Positions 1-23,815 of a stretch of DNA of 64,000 nucleotides are shown here, piece after piece. Position numbers and translations under genes: made by a program. The notes below the pieces were generated by a model, which was not told where the DNA came from, made no database searches, and was given only the letters and a program-made list of their open reading frames with translations. Positions within the stretch are counted from its first letter, which is position 1, and each line of letters starts with the position of its first letter. The stretch is from Eledone cirrhosa (lineage: Eukaryota), in NCBI GenBank assembly GCA_964016885.1, contig OZ024743.1:3658001-3722000 (forward strand), read 5' to 3'.

Positions 1-357
1 TGGATAATAATAGGCAAACTAACCAAAATAATAACAATTTTAATTACGGTAACAACTTTAACAACTATAATAGAAAACATTACAATAATTCCAAAAGCCG
101 GAAAAGAAATAGAACTAGAAATATAATATGGTTTGCCCCCCCCTTTCTCACTAAATATTAAAACCCACATTGCTAAACTATTTTTTAATGCTCTTGACAA
201 ACGCTTCCCTAGAACACATAAATATCACTCAATTTTTAATAGACATACTATAAAATTAACTTACTCGTCCACCAAAATTTAGCACAAAATATTAACAGAA
301 TAAATAATAGGAATCTAAAACCTAACCAAAATACCGATAATAACCAAAACAATATTC
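1..357 (+). mobile_element. Penelope-like element fragment (RT-to-GIY-YIG linker), cut by the gap
   Basis: Frame +3 reads ...RKRNRTRNIIWFAPPFSLNIKTHIAKLFFNALDKRFPRTHKYHSIFNRHTIKLTYSSTK, matching the PLE linker pattern RNIIWFNPPFS..VKT.I...F..L.DKHFP..H.LH.IFNR.TVK.SYS. Frameshift near 275. Confidence 0.8.
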
Positions 358-557
358 NNNNNNNNNNNNNNNNNNNNNNNNNNNNNNNNNNNNNNNNNNN
401 NNNNNNNNNNNNNNNNNNNNNNNNNNNNNNNNNNNNNNNNNNNNNNNNNNNNNNNNNNNNNNNNNNNNNNNNNNNNNNNNNNNNNNNNNNNNNNNNNNNN
501 NNNNNNNNNNNNNNNNNNNNNNNNNNNNNNNNNNNNNNNNNNNNNNNNNNNNNNNNN
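358..557. other. Assembly gap (200 N)
   Basis: Run of N. Confidence 1.
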
Positions 558-12054
<11,497 letters not shown>

Positions 12055-12114
12055 AGCGGCGATGAATTAGTTTTGCGAGGTTTTTTATATGAAATCGTGT
12101 GTCGAAACAAATAT

Positions 12115-12697
12115 TGTTATACTTGGGGAGGGTCATATTTGAGAGAAAGAATGAATGGAACAACAACAACACCGAAACAAACAACACTGACCTAAGAGAA
12201 GTATAAATAAGTAAATAAAATAAAATAAATAAATAAATAAATACATACACAAACACAATAACAACAAGCACATAAACACACACTAGTAACCCATCACACA
12301 GCAAACAAAACACTATACACACACGCAAACGCATGCGCAAAGAAGACAAAATAAAATAAACAAACAAGCAAATAAATAAATAAATATATAGACAGACTGA
12401 ATAAAAATGGCGTAGACATATAATACAACAGGAGGAAACAATAGCACCACTGACGATGTTGCAGATGTGCAACGAAAGATTTATGATAAACTATATATAT
12501 GTGTTTGTGTCTATATTGTATCTATATTATTTTTGACCATCGGTCAGTCAATGGCAACATTGAGGACCGAGTAAGTTAGATTACCGATATAAAAGACACA
12601 GAAGCGAGAAGTGAGAAGCGAAAACCAACCAAACAGTGAGTGTTCTGTTATTAATTCTGGCAATATTACACAAATATGACCCTCCCCAAGTATAACA
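12115..12697. mobile_element. 583-bp non-autonomous TIR element with TGT...ACA ends (Ginger-like MITE or solo-LTR-like)
   Basis: Perfect 27-bp inverted repeat tgttatacttggggagggtcatatttg (12115-12141) / 12671-12697, flanked on both sides by ATAT (4-bp TSD). Confidence 0.8.
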
Positions 12698-12701
12698 ATA
12701 T

Positions 12702-13041
12702 CATCATTCATTTCATTTCATTTTACGTCCACTTTTCCCTGCTTGCAAGGGTGGGACAGGAACTGATTCTGGCTTGATTTCTACAGCTGGATGCCCTTCC
12801 TAACACCAACCTCATTTACAGTGAGTGCTGGGTGCTTTTTTGCCGTGGCACCTCCACGACCACTTTACAGTGGAATGATAGGGACCCCAGTCCCTATCAT
12901 CTCATTTCTACAGCTGAGTAAACTGGAGCAATGTGAAATAAAGTGTCTTGCTCAAAGAAACAACACATCACTCGGTCTGAGAATTGAACTCACAACCTTT
13001 CGATTGCAAGACCAATGCTCTAACCACTAAGCCATGTGCCT

Positions 13042-13043
<2 letters not shown>
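12702..13043 (-). mobile_element. tRNA-derived SINE, family A
   Basis: Minus strand: A box TGGCTTAGTGG, B box GAGTTCAATTC, body ttgagcaagacacttt, tail ggacgtaaaatga(aatga)n. Close copies at 19.3, 21.4 and 27.7 kb. Confidence 0.9.
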
Positions 13044-14370
<1,327 letters not shown>

Positions 14371-17046
14371 TAACTTTGAATAACTTTGAAATGTTTTGGC
14401 CAGTATTGTCTAACTTAATAGCACCACCTGGTGAAGTCTTTCAATTCAGGATTTGGGCACCATGGCCCATTCGAGAAGAGAATTACTGTTTGCGGAGACA
14501 TATCCGGGTGTGGGTGGTTTGTCCGGGATTACTTGGCGAAGTCTTTCAATTCAGGATTTGGGCACCATGGCCCATTCGAGAAGAGAATTACTGTTTGCGG
14601 AGACATATCCGGGTGTGGGTGGTTTGTCCGGGATTACTTGTCCAAAGACTTCTTGAATTTTGTGTGGTCAGTTTCTGTTTTGACGTGTCCTGGTGTGATG
14701 TTGAAGAGAGCAGGGCCGATTGAGGTGAAATAATTGTGCCGTATTGTTGTTATGAGTTGCGAACATCATTTGGGCAGTGATGATGGAACATTTTCCACAT
14801 CATGCAGATAATATAACGCTCACGGCGACGTTGGAGTGAGTAAAGTTTCAGGTTTTCTAGTCGACCCCAGTAGTCAAGGTCTGACATGCCATCTATCTTT
14901 TTCGTGATTGCCCTTTGAGGAGCTTCAAGTTTCATGATACTTTGTTTCGTGTGGGGAGACCACAGTGGACAACAGTATTCAAGGTGTGGTCGGGCAAAAG
15001 TAGAGAAGAGAAGGATAATGGTGTGGGAATCTCTCGACTGGAAGGTTCTGAGGATCCAGGAACACATTCTGCGGGCCACGTCAACTTTGCTGCTTATATG
15101 CGTGGCCCAGCTTATGTTGCTGTCCACGGTTACTCCCAAGTCTCTGATGTTGTTAGATGCCACGAGAGTTTCCCCGGAGGGAAGGGAGTACGGGAGTTTC
15201 AGAGCATCCTCTTTTCCAAAGTGGATCAGTTCGAATTTGTCTTCGTTCAGTAACATGTTGTTCTTTTCCGCCCATTGGGTAACAGCCAGTAGGTCTGACT
15301 GAAGGCTTATCCGGTCATCCACGCCATTGATGACCTTTTGGAGCTTGGAATCATCAGCGAAAATTTTAATGTTGCTGTGTTTGATGATGTCATTGATGTC
15401 ATTAATATAGATGATGAAGAGAAGTGGGCCCAACACAGTGCCTTGTGGGACCCCACTACTGACTTTGGCTGGGCTGGATTTGACTCCCTCAACTACAACA
15501 TGTTGGGTTCTATTTGACAGGAAGCTCTTGATCCACTGCAGCAGCTTTCCAGTGACACCAATATTGGACAGCTTTCTCAGTAGAATGTTATGATCAACCC
15601 TGTCAAAGGCCTTGCTGAAATCAAGGTAGATAACATCAGTGTTGGAACCCTCTCCCAAGGCTCTCAAAATGTCATCAAAGTGATGCAGTAGCTGCGTCAG
15701 GCAATCCCTTCCATTACGGAATCCATGCTGGTTGGAGTTCAGCATATTGTTACTCTCAAGGAAGTGGGTCATTCGCGATCTCACCACTCTCTCAAATACC
15801 TTAATGATATGAGAGGTGAGTGAGATTGGACGGTAATTCACGGCAAGGGATTTGTTTCCCTTTTTGAAAACTGGGACAACAGACTGGGATAGAAGGTTTT
15901 CTGGCACATATCCAGCATCCAGTGAGTTCCGCAACAGATTGGCAAGAGGAGATGCAAGTTGGTGTTGACACGCCTTCAAGACACAAGCAGGGAACCTATC
16001 GGGACCTACTGCTGAATTATGCTTGATTTCCTTTATTGCCGCTAAGACATCAGGGGCGCCAAACGTTATGTCCGATAAGGTGTAATGGGGAGTAACATCG
16101 CCGATACAGCCCAGATCGGCCATATCAGGATTGCTGAAAACAGAGCAGTATTGTTTCTGCAGTATCTCACCCATGGTTTTAGCATTGTCTTGAAGAGTGC
16201 CATTTTCATCAATTAGAGGGCCAACAGTAGAGCCAGTGATTGTGTTTTTTTGCAAATGAAAAGAACACTTTGGGATTGAGTTTGATCTTCTCAATGGCCC
16301 AGGCCTCTTCAGCTCTTCTCTGATTGTTGATGAGGGACATTATGTTGTTTTGGAGGTTATGTTTTTTAATCTCTAGTGATGAAATGGCAGTCAAGTTGAT
16401 GTGTTGCTGCTGACAGTATTTCAGCTTGTTGATTTTTTTGTTCGTTCTCTTAATTTTTCTGATGAGCGTTTTTCTATTTCTAGGGATTCTGCTCTTAGAT
16501 TTGTTTATAGTTCTTAATGGGGTGTGTTGCACATATGTTTGTAACAGTGTCCACAAATGTCTGCCAGGACTTTTTGATGTTAGTGGGTGTATGAGTGTGC
16601 GTGAAGGACCAGTCGACATGTGTAAGATCATGACTGATCGCTTCCCAGTTTGCATTGTGGAAATCCATAGCCTCAAACGGATGGGCAGGAGAGATGAGAT
16701 TGGGTTTGTATATTGGACGGTGGAATCTCAGATCACAGAGAACCATGTCATGATCAGAGAGTAGAGTTTTCTCCACTGCAATATTGTGGATATTGTCAGT
16801 GTGATTGCTGAAAATTAAGTCTAGGACGTTTTTGTGGCACCTCGTTGGTTCGAGCACCAGTTGGGATAGGAAGAAATCATCCATGAAGTCAAGAAGCGAT
16901 TCCACTGCTTCCCTGTCAGAGGTTGAGGCAGAAGAACCTGGTGGCAGGCTGTTTGTGGACCAGTCAACTCCGGGGAGGTTGAAGTCCCCCATCATTAAGA
17001 TGTTGTCAGGGTGACACTCTTGGATGAAACACTTTATGCTGTTGAG
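14371..17046 (-). mobile_element. 5'-truncated CR1/L2-group LINE (APE remnant plus RT, frameshifted)
   Basis: APE motifs MGDFNLP, PTR...VLDLIF, SDH (16495-17046). RT motifs NYRPISLTS, QHGFR, YLDFSKAFD, GVPQGTVLGPLLF, FADD (14750-16294). C-terminus [17 protein letters not shown] and 3' tail (TTCAAAGTTA)2. Confidence 0.93.
14433..14640. repeat. Tandem duplication, 105-bp period, within the LINE 3' end
   Basis: gaagtctttc...ggattacttg at 14433-14535 is repeated at 14538-14640. Confidence 0.95.
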
Positions 17047-17048
17047 GC

Positions 17049-17082
<34 letters not shown>

Positions 17083-17107
17083 GTACATATATATATACAT
17101 ACATTTA

Positions 17108-17162
<55 letters not shown>

Positions 17163-17220
17163 ATACATACATATATATATACATACATATATACATTTAT
17201 ATATATATATACATATATAT
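17047..17220. repeat. (TA)n/TACA microsatellite
   Basis: Simple repeat between the two LINE fragments. Confidence 0.97.
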
Positions 17221-18568
17221 GCCGGTGTACTTAGTGTCACGAATGATCAGAAAAAGGAGGCCTGGAAATGTCATTATGAGAGACTAATGAATGTGGAGAA
17301 CGAATGGGAGAGAGAGAAATTACCCCCAGTAGATCCAACAGAGGGACCAGCTATTGAGATTGACGAATATAGGGTCCAAGAGGCGATTAGGGAAATGAAA
17401 AATGGTAAGGCGGCCGGACCATCGGCAATAGTTGCTGAGATGCTGAAGGCATCAGGGGACGTAGGTACTAAACTGGTTGCACACATCATCAATCAGGCTA
17501 TATATGGTGGTGTCATACCCAAAGACTGGTGCAGCAGTATTCTCATAAATTGCTACAAAGGTAAAGGGGATGCTTTGGAGAGGAGCAATTATAGGGGTAT
17601 AAAACTGATAGATCAGGTTATGAAAGTGGCAGAAAGGATTTTAGCACAACTAATTAGAGAAAGGGTCAAACTAGATGAGATGCAGTTTGGTTTTGTGCCT
17701 GGGAAGAGTACAACAGATGCCCTCTTCTTGGTGAGACAATTGCAAGAGAGGTTCTTAGAGAAGAATAAGCCACTATACTTAGCCTTTGTTGACCTAGAGA
17801 AGGCCTTTGATAGGGTACCCCGATCTGTCATCCGGTGGTCCCTAAGGAAGCTAGGTGTTGAGGAATGGCTTTTGAGGACAGTGCAAACTTTGTACAGAGG
17901 TACTCTCAGTAAAGTCAGGGTAGGAATGGAGTTTAGTGAGGAATTCCAGATACAAGTAGGAGTACATCAGGGTTCGGTCCTCAGCCCGCTCTTGTTCATT
18001 ATAGTCCTCCAAGCCATAACAGAGGAGTTTAAGACTGGCTGTCCATGGGAACTTCTCTATGCTGACGATCTGGTTCTTATAGCAGAATCAGTAGAGGAGC
18101 TAGAGAATAAATTCTGGCTATGGAAACAGCAGTTGGAAGCAAGAGGACTGAGAGTGAATCTAGCTAAGACAAAAGTGTTGATGAGTAGAAAAGAGGACAA
18201 AACCCTGATTCCGTCAGGGAAATGGCCATGTTCGATATGCAGAAAAGGAACTGGCATAAATTCTATAAAATGCACACAATGCAGGTCCTGGGTACACAAG
18301 AGATGTAGCAGGATAGCAGGCAAACTAACAGGTAGGGAGAAATATGTATGCAGTAGATGTACAGGGAAATTAGACAGTAGAAGTCGCACTGATAGACACA
18401 TTTTTCAAATGCAGGAGGGTGCTATAGATGTGGTGGATAGCTTCCGGTACCAAGGAGATCAAATTAACATGGGAGGAGGGTGTTCCGAGGCCATAGTATT
18501 TAGAATAAGGACGGGTTGGAAGAAGTTTAGGGAGCTGCTTCCTCTGTTGACGAAGAAGGGTTTCTCCC
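17221..18568 (+). mobile_element. RTE-clade LINE internal fragment (open RT frame with a PHD-like Cys/His finger)
   Basis: [49 protein letters not shown], then CSIC-x-CTQC-HKRC-CSRC. Both ends truncated. Confidence 0.92.
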
Positions 18569-18650
18569 GGACTATCCGGGAGCTTCAAACAGAAATGGTT
18601 GCATTCTTTAAGGGTATGTCAATATTTATTTATAAAACTGATCTATATTA

Positions 18651-18715
18651 TATTTTATCTGATGAAAGCACACCATAATTTAACTTGGTGTCCTTGAAAT
18701 ATGTATAATGAAATA
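18651..18715 (+). ncRNA. Minimal type I hammerhead ribozyme motif (PLE-associated)
   Basis: Stem I uauuuuau/augaaaua, core CUGAUGA, stem II acacca/uggugu, GAAA, short stem III aua/uau, AUA cleavage triplet. Confidence 0.65.
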
Positions 18716-19297
18716 AATATGGTTTTATAAATATAGTTTCCATTTGTTAATATATCGCATTTTTACTCCAATAATTTGTTGAGTGCTTTATATCAGTTAT
18801 AAAAATATTTGCTTGTTGTATCCCAACAATTTAAATAGAACTTCTACATATATATTTATATATGTATTTACAATAAATTAACAGAGTCATAGACTCTCGC
18901 TATTCCCTGTCATTAGTGTGCTTAAAGGAGAAGGAATCCCGAGCTCTTTTTAATACAATATGTAGAAAAGATAACACACCAAAGAGAAATAGTTTTGTAT
19001 TATATATATCTATATATATATACATGTATATTGTAGGTGATTATAGTGGTCTATTCCACAATTACGTTTGGTAATTCTCAATAAAATGCTCAGCACATAA
19101 GGAGTTTGAAACAGATGAATAAGTCTTCGAAAGTTAAAGTTCTGCTGATGATGACAGTTCTGTTGGCAGAGCATTGATATTCAAAGTGACAAAAGCCCCA
19201 GGTTAACAATCTAAATCCATTCTTAAATTTCTACGTCCATTTCAATACAGTTACAATAGTAAATGCATATGAAAATAATCGGAAATTTGTATGTATG

Positions 19298-19822
19298 TAT
19301 CATCATCACCGTTTTACGTCCATTCTTCCACGCGAGCATGGGTTGGACGGGCTGTCCTGTTGTGGGCAGTGTCCAGTCGGCTGACCTTGTCTTGCTCATA
19401 CGGGAACTGATTCTGGCTTGATTTCTACAGCTGGATGCCCTTCCTAACACCAACCTCATTTAGAGTGAGGGCTGGGTGCTTTTTTTTCCGTGGCGCCTAC
19501 ACGTCCACTTTACAGTGTGGGCTGGGTGCTTTTTTGCTGTGGCACCTCCATGACCACTTTGCAGTGGAATGATAGGGACGCCAGTCCTATCATCCCATTT
19601 CTACAGCTTAGTAAACTGGAGCAATGTGAAATAAAGTGTGTTGCTCAAGGAAACAACACATCACTCGGTCCGAGAATTGAACTCACAACCTTTCGATTGC
19701 AAGCCTTATCTATATATCTATATATATATATATATAAATATATATATGTATGTGAAGGCACATGGCTCAGTGGTTAGAGCATTGCAAGCCCAATGCTCTA
19801 ACCACTAAGCCATGTGCCTTCA
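19298..19822 (-). mobile_element. SINE family A copy with internal inverted duplication of its head
   Basis: Homologous to 12702-13043. Interrupted at about 19705-19783 by an inverted copy of the head and flank. Confidence 0.85.
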
Positions 19823-19839
19823 CATACATATATATATTT

Positions 19840-19920
<81 letters not shown>

Positions 19921-19924
19921 GATA

Positions 19925-20356
19925 TATATTTAAAGGTTAAACAAGGTTCAATGAATAAATCAAAGAATGAGTTTTACAATAGATTGGAAGCACTCCACAG
20001 CTAAATGGTTTTTCGGAGTTATTAATATTAATTCAAAATATTAACAAAAATAGACATTCGTGTGATCAAGTATATTTTATTATACATATTTCAGAGGTAC
20101 TGAGCTATCTTCAACAGTACGTTCTCATCAGATAAAATAAGATGATGCATGACCTACCCTGACTTAGTAGATGGTTAAGATTCAGTCATCGTACTACCAT
20201 GACTGAATCTTAACCATCTACTAAGTCAGGGTAGGTCATGCATCATCTTATTTTATCTGATGAGAACGTACTGTTGAAGATAGCTCAGTACCTCTGAAAT
20301 ATGTATAATAAAATATACTTGATCACACGAATGTCTATTTTTGTTAATATTTTGAA

Positions 20357-20363
<7 letters not shown>
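19925..20363. mobile_element. Penelope-like terminal repeat fragment forming a 165-bp-arm palindrome
   Basis: 20025-20189 is the reverse complement of 20199-20363 with a 9-nt loop. Contains a hammerhead motif and is bounded by (TA)n. Confidence 0.7.
20249..20315 (+). ncRNA. Minimal type I hammerhead motif (mirror copy at 20073-20139, minus)
   Basis: Stem I uauuuuau/auaaaaua, CUGAUGA, stem II guacug/caguac, GAAA UAUGUAU A. Same architecture as 18651-18715 with a different stem II sequence. Confidence 0.7.
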
Positions 20364-20430
<67 letters not shown>

Positions 20431-20685
20431 GGTCAGTCAAACGGACAACAACTGACCCTCTTGATCGCCTTCGAGTCAAAAACATTTTTCTCTGTTATTT
20501 TTTTTTATTATAGCCTCTTAGATTGAGTTTACCATTATTCCTTTATTATATAACTATTATGCAATAAACACCCGATGATGTCCCAGGATCTTACGGAAGC
20601 TGGCCACTGAATTGTACAGTGTTTGCTATAATAAATCTTTGAAGCAATTTCACCTGTCCGGCCTCCTGTCATTTTACTCAATTAT

Positions 20686-20729
<44 letters not shown>

Positions 20730-20835
20730 TAAAATATTTATGAAATTTTATATATATATATACATATATTCCCCTTTTTAATGTATTTCCACCACTCCCT
20801 CTCACACCCCCTCGAACTCTTTTCCTTCACACCTT

Positions 20836-20870
20836 TCTCCTGATAAGGGCTTATGCCCGAAACGTCGTCC
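20836..20870 (+). ncRNA. Degenerate hammerhead motif in a PLE remnant
   Basis: ctgataagggcttatgcccgaaacgtc: core CUGAUAA (one mismatch), stem II gggc/gccc, GAAACGUC. Stem I is poor. Confidence 0.45.
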
Positions 20871-21044
20871 GCCACCCCCACTCTCAAGCGTGAACCCAAT
20901 ACCAACACTGTTCGTACTGCACTCTTTGTTATTGTTTTTGTTTTTTACTTGTATATATAAATGTATATGTATGTGCGTATATCCAGATACCTGTGTCTAC
21001 GTATTTGATACAATCTTATAGTTACTTCATACTTATATATATAT

Positions 21045-21080
<36 letters not shown>

Positions 21081-21181
21081 TAATAATAATAAATTTGAAG
21101 ACTAAAATCCAAAGAGGGCTCGATAAGGATAAATATATATCAAATATATAAGAACCGTGTGTATATATATATATATGTATG

Positions 21182-21343
21182 GAGTAGGACCCCGACGGCT
21201 GAGCTCAAACCGTTTCGACGGCTAATTCTGGAATTAGCCGTCGAAACGGTTTGAGCTCAGCCGTCGGGGTCCTACTCGTTCCTATTACCCACTCTACTAC
21301 CCTAAGTTATCGTCCACCTGGTTCCTTACCACATTTCCTTCGT

Positions 21344-21345
<2 letters not shown>
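21182..21345 (+). mobile_element. Short PLE-like terminal fragment with 47-bp-arm fold-back
   Basis: Palindrome 21182-21277 followed by a tail ending in (TA)n. Homologous to 35236-35410 in the opposite orientation. Confidence 0.6.
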
Positions 21346-21390
<45 letters not shown>

Positions 21391-21392
<2 letters not shown>

Positions 21393-21728
21393 GCACATGG
21401 CTTAGTGGCTAGATCATTGGTCGTGCAATAGAAAGGTTGTGAGTTCACTTCTCAGACTGGGTGATGTGTTGTTTCCTTGAGCAAGACACTTTATTTCACA
21501 TTGCTCCAGTTTACTCAGCTGTAGAAATGAGATAATAGGGACTGGGGTCCATATCATTCCACTGCAAAGTGGTCGTGGGGGTGCCATGGCAAAAAGCACC
21601 CAGCACTCACTGTAAATGAGGTTGGTGTTAGGAAGGGCATCCAGCTGTAGAAACCAAGCCAGAATCAGTTCCCGTCCCACCCTTGCAAGCAGGGAAAAGC
21701 GGACGTAAAATGGTGATGATGATGATGA
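21391..21728 (+). mobile_element. SINE family A
   Basis: A and B boxes and (GAT)n tail; reverse-complement match to 12702-13043. Confidence 0.9.
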
Positions 21729-22045
21729 TATATATGATTCAGTGACGTTCATGAGTATGAATAAACACTGGTCAAGTAGAGCCGTGATGTTTCAGCTGTG
21801 ACCATGATTTTTTATTTTTTTTATTTTCAGCGGGCAGTATCATTATCTATAAGGTCTAGTTTGCTCCTTCGTAATTAAATAGGTAGGTCTTATTTGATCG
21901 TATTTTACTAATATTTCTAGTAAGTCGAAGGACGACATAGCGACTCGTTCATGTGTACATGTGTAATGTGTGGGAAAAACCTGTTATGGTGTAAAAGTAT
22001 CAAAATTATAAACATCAACAATGCGAAGAAAAATTGCACACTTAC

Positions 22046-22438
22046 AGGACAAGAGTATTTGATTGATAAACTCTGAACAGTATCAACATCTGTTACTGTA
22101 TGTTGCAGATAGTCCATTTCCGATGTACCGTGTCCCTTTGAGGTAGAAGAATCTGAAGTTTTAGAACTCCCAGGTCCCTTTCGAGAACGGATCTCAGAAA
22201 GTTCAAATATTTTCTCTTCATCCTCATCATCTTCCAAAGAAGTGTCCACGTGTCCATGTACATATGTTCGATGGAAGTTATTAATTGTGCCATGCTTTTG
22301 TTGCAGCTTGTGATATTTCGGTGAATTGGAAGACGACAAATAAGACCGAAAAGAAGTCCTGTGTGTTTTAGATGAATTGTTTTGATAATTAGCATTTCGG
22401 CTAGGTAGCAATGATTTATCACGAAAGCCGGCACTCAT
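22046..22438 (-). CDS. LYSMD3: First coding exon of a LysM-domain protein (LYSMD3/LYSMD4 family)
   Basis: 131 codons ending ...EDDEDEEKIFELSEIRSRKG...YLQHTVTDVDTVQSLSIKYSCP, then a phase-0 GTAAGT donor at 22045. The acidic patch, ELRSR-like motif and first half of LysM resemble vertebrate LYSMD3 (EEDAEVYELRSRGK...GDTLNAIALQYCCT). Candidate acceptor upstream puts the exon start at 22769. Confidence 0.8.
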
Positions 22439-23659
22439 AATAACTTTTATGAAGTAACTCTTGAAGCGAGTTAGCGAAAATTAAGTTTGAGAGTGGTGGT
22501 GATGACAACACAAACCGGACATTCACCATAAATGACAGTCTACTATCAAAATACCTCCCGTCAAACCGTTCAAATGGAGAAATAGAAATAAAGCCATCCA
22601 TGCAGAGTAAGCCAAGTGCAGGTTTACCAGTTAAATTGATAGTTCTTGTGTCATGGGGATAATGGTATTGATGTATTGTTTTCTTATTCTTGTTTTTCAG
22701 GAAGCAGCAGTAATGATATAAAGAAACTTAGAAAACATGGTTATCTTTCTAGAAAGAGTTGATCGCGATCTGTTTAAATATAAAAATATCTTTTTCTTCC
22801 TAATATTATAAAACATTCACAACAGTGTGAGAGAGGGAATCCTCACCATTCAGTGACATCCATGATAAAGTTAATGTGCAGGAAACTACTTGGCACTCTG
22901 GTTCCCGGCATGCAGTATTCATGATATGAAGGGTAGATAACTCTAGTCTCTATATTGTCTTATCTGCCGAATTGATGCTGAATTTTGATTGTAGCCGGAG
23001 AAATATTTCGATCCGTTTCTATGAATTTTCAACTTTAAATTTACTTTGTTCTACCAGAGATAAAAAGAAAATATCTTTCATCAAATATCTGCATGTTTTG
23101 TTGATATGTGCAGCAGTTAAATATGTGGTATAAATTTCTGTGACGCTGCTTCTCTGCTAAGCATTTTTTTTATTATTAATTTTTTTTTATTATTTCTTCG
23201 GTTAAAATTAATATTGCGCAAAGAGTTAACCTTAGTAGTAAATAATTATTTGAAATATATTTGAAGAAAATTGATTTAAAAGAAATCTTTCTAAAGCAAT
23301 TAAAGTTGCATACGTGTAGTTACACGTCTGCATACGCGCGCGCGCACACAAACAATAAAAACAAGATAGGAATGATGTTTTGAAATCTTTCCACTATATA
23401 AATGTTAGTTGAGACTTAAAACTAGCATAATATAATATCCGAAGGCGTAGATAAAGGGATTCATTTATATTTGTGTCTGAAGAAAATATATGTATTCAAT
23501 ACATTACGATTACCACTATCAACATCATAATCATCATCTTTAGTCACAGCGAATACCATCGACGCTCACATTTAGTTTACTATCAAGAACTTCAATGACT
23601 TAAATATGCGTTAAGTTGCTGTATTAGATGTGTGCGTGTGTGTGTGACCGCTTTCCAGT

Positions 23660-23815
23660 CTAATGAAAACTGCGGCTTACTTTCGATTACGTTCTGAGTT
23701 CAAATCCCACCGTGGCTAGCTTTGCCTTTATCCTTACGGGGTCGATAAAATAAAGTACCAGAAATGCATTGGAGCCGATTTAATTGCTGGCTTGTACCTA
23801 TATTTGAAATCATTA
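23660..23815 (+). mobile_element. SINE family B, partial
   Basis: B box gagttcaaatc, core ggggtcgataaaataaagtacca, (ATT)n tail. Confidence 0.75.

Noticed and set aside
12970-13043. tRNA-like A and B boxes here and at other SINE heads
   Set aside because: No proper acceptor stem; each continues into a repeated SINE body and tail.
21917-22045. Hydrophobic C-terminal tail of the 173-aa ORF as a transmembrane segment
   Set aside because: It begins exactly at the GTAAGT donor, so it is intron read-through.
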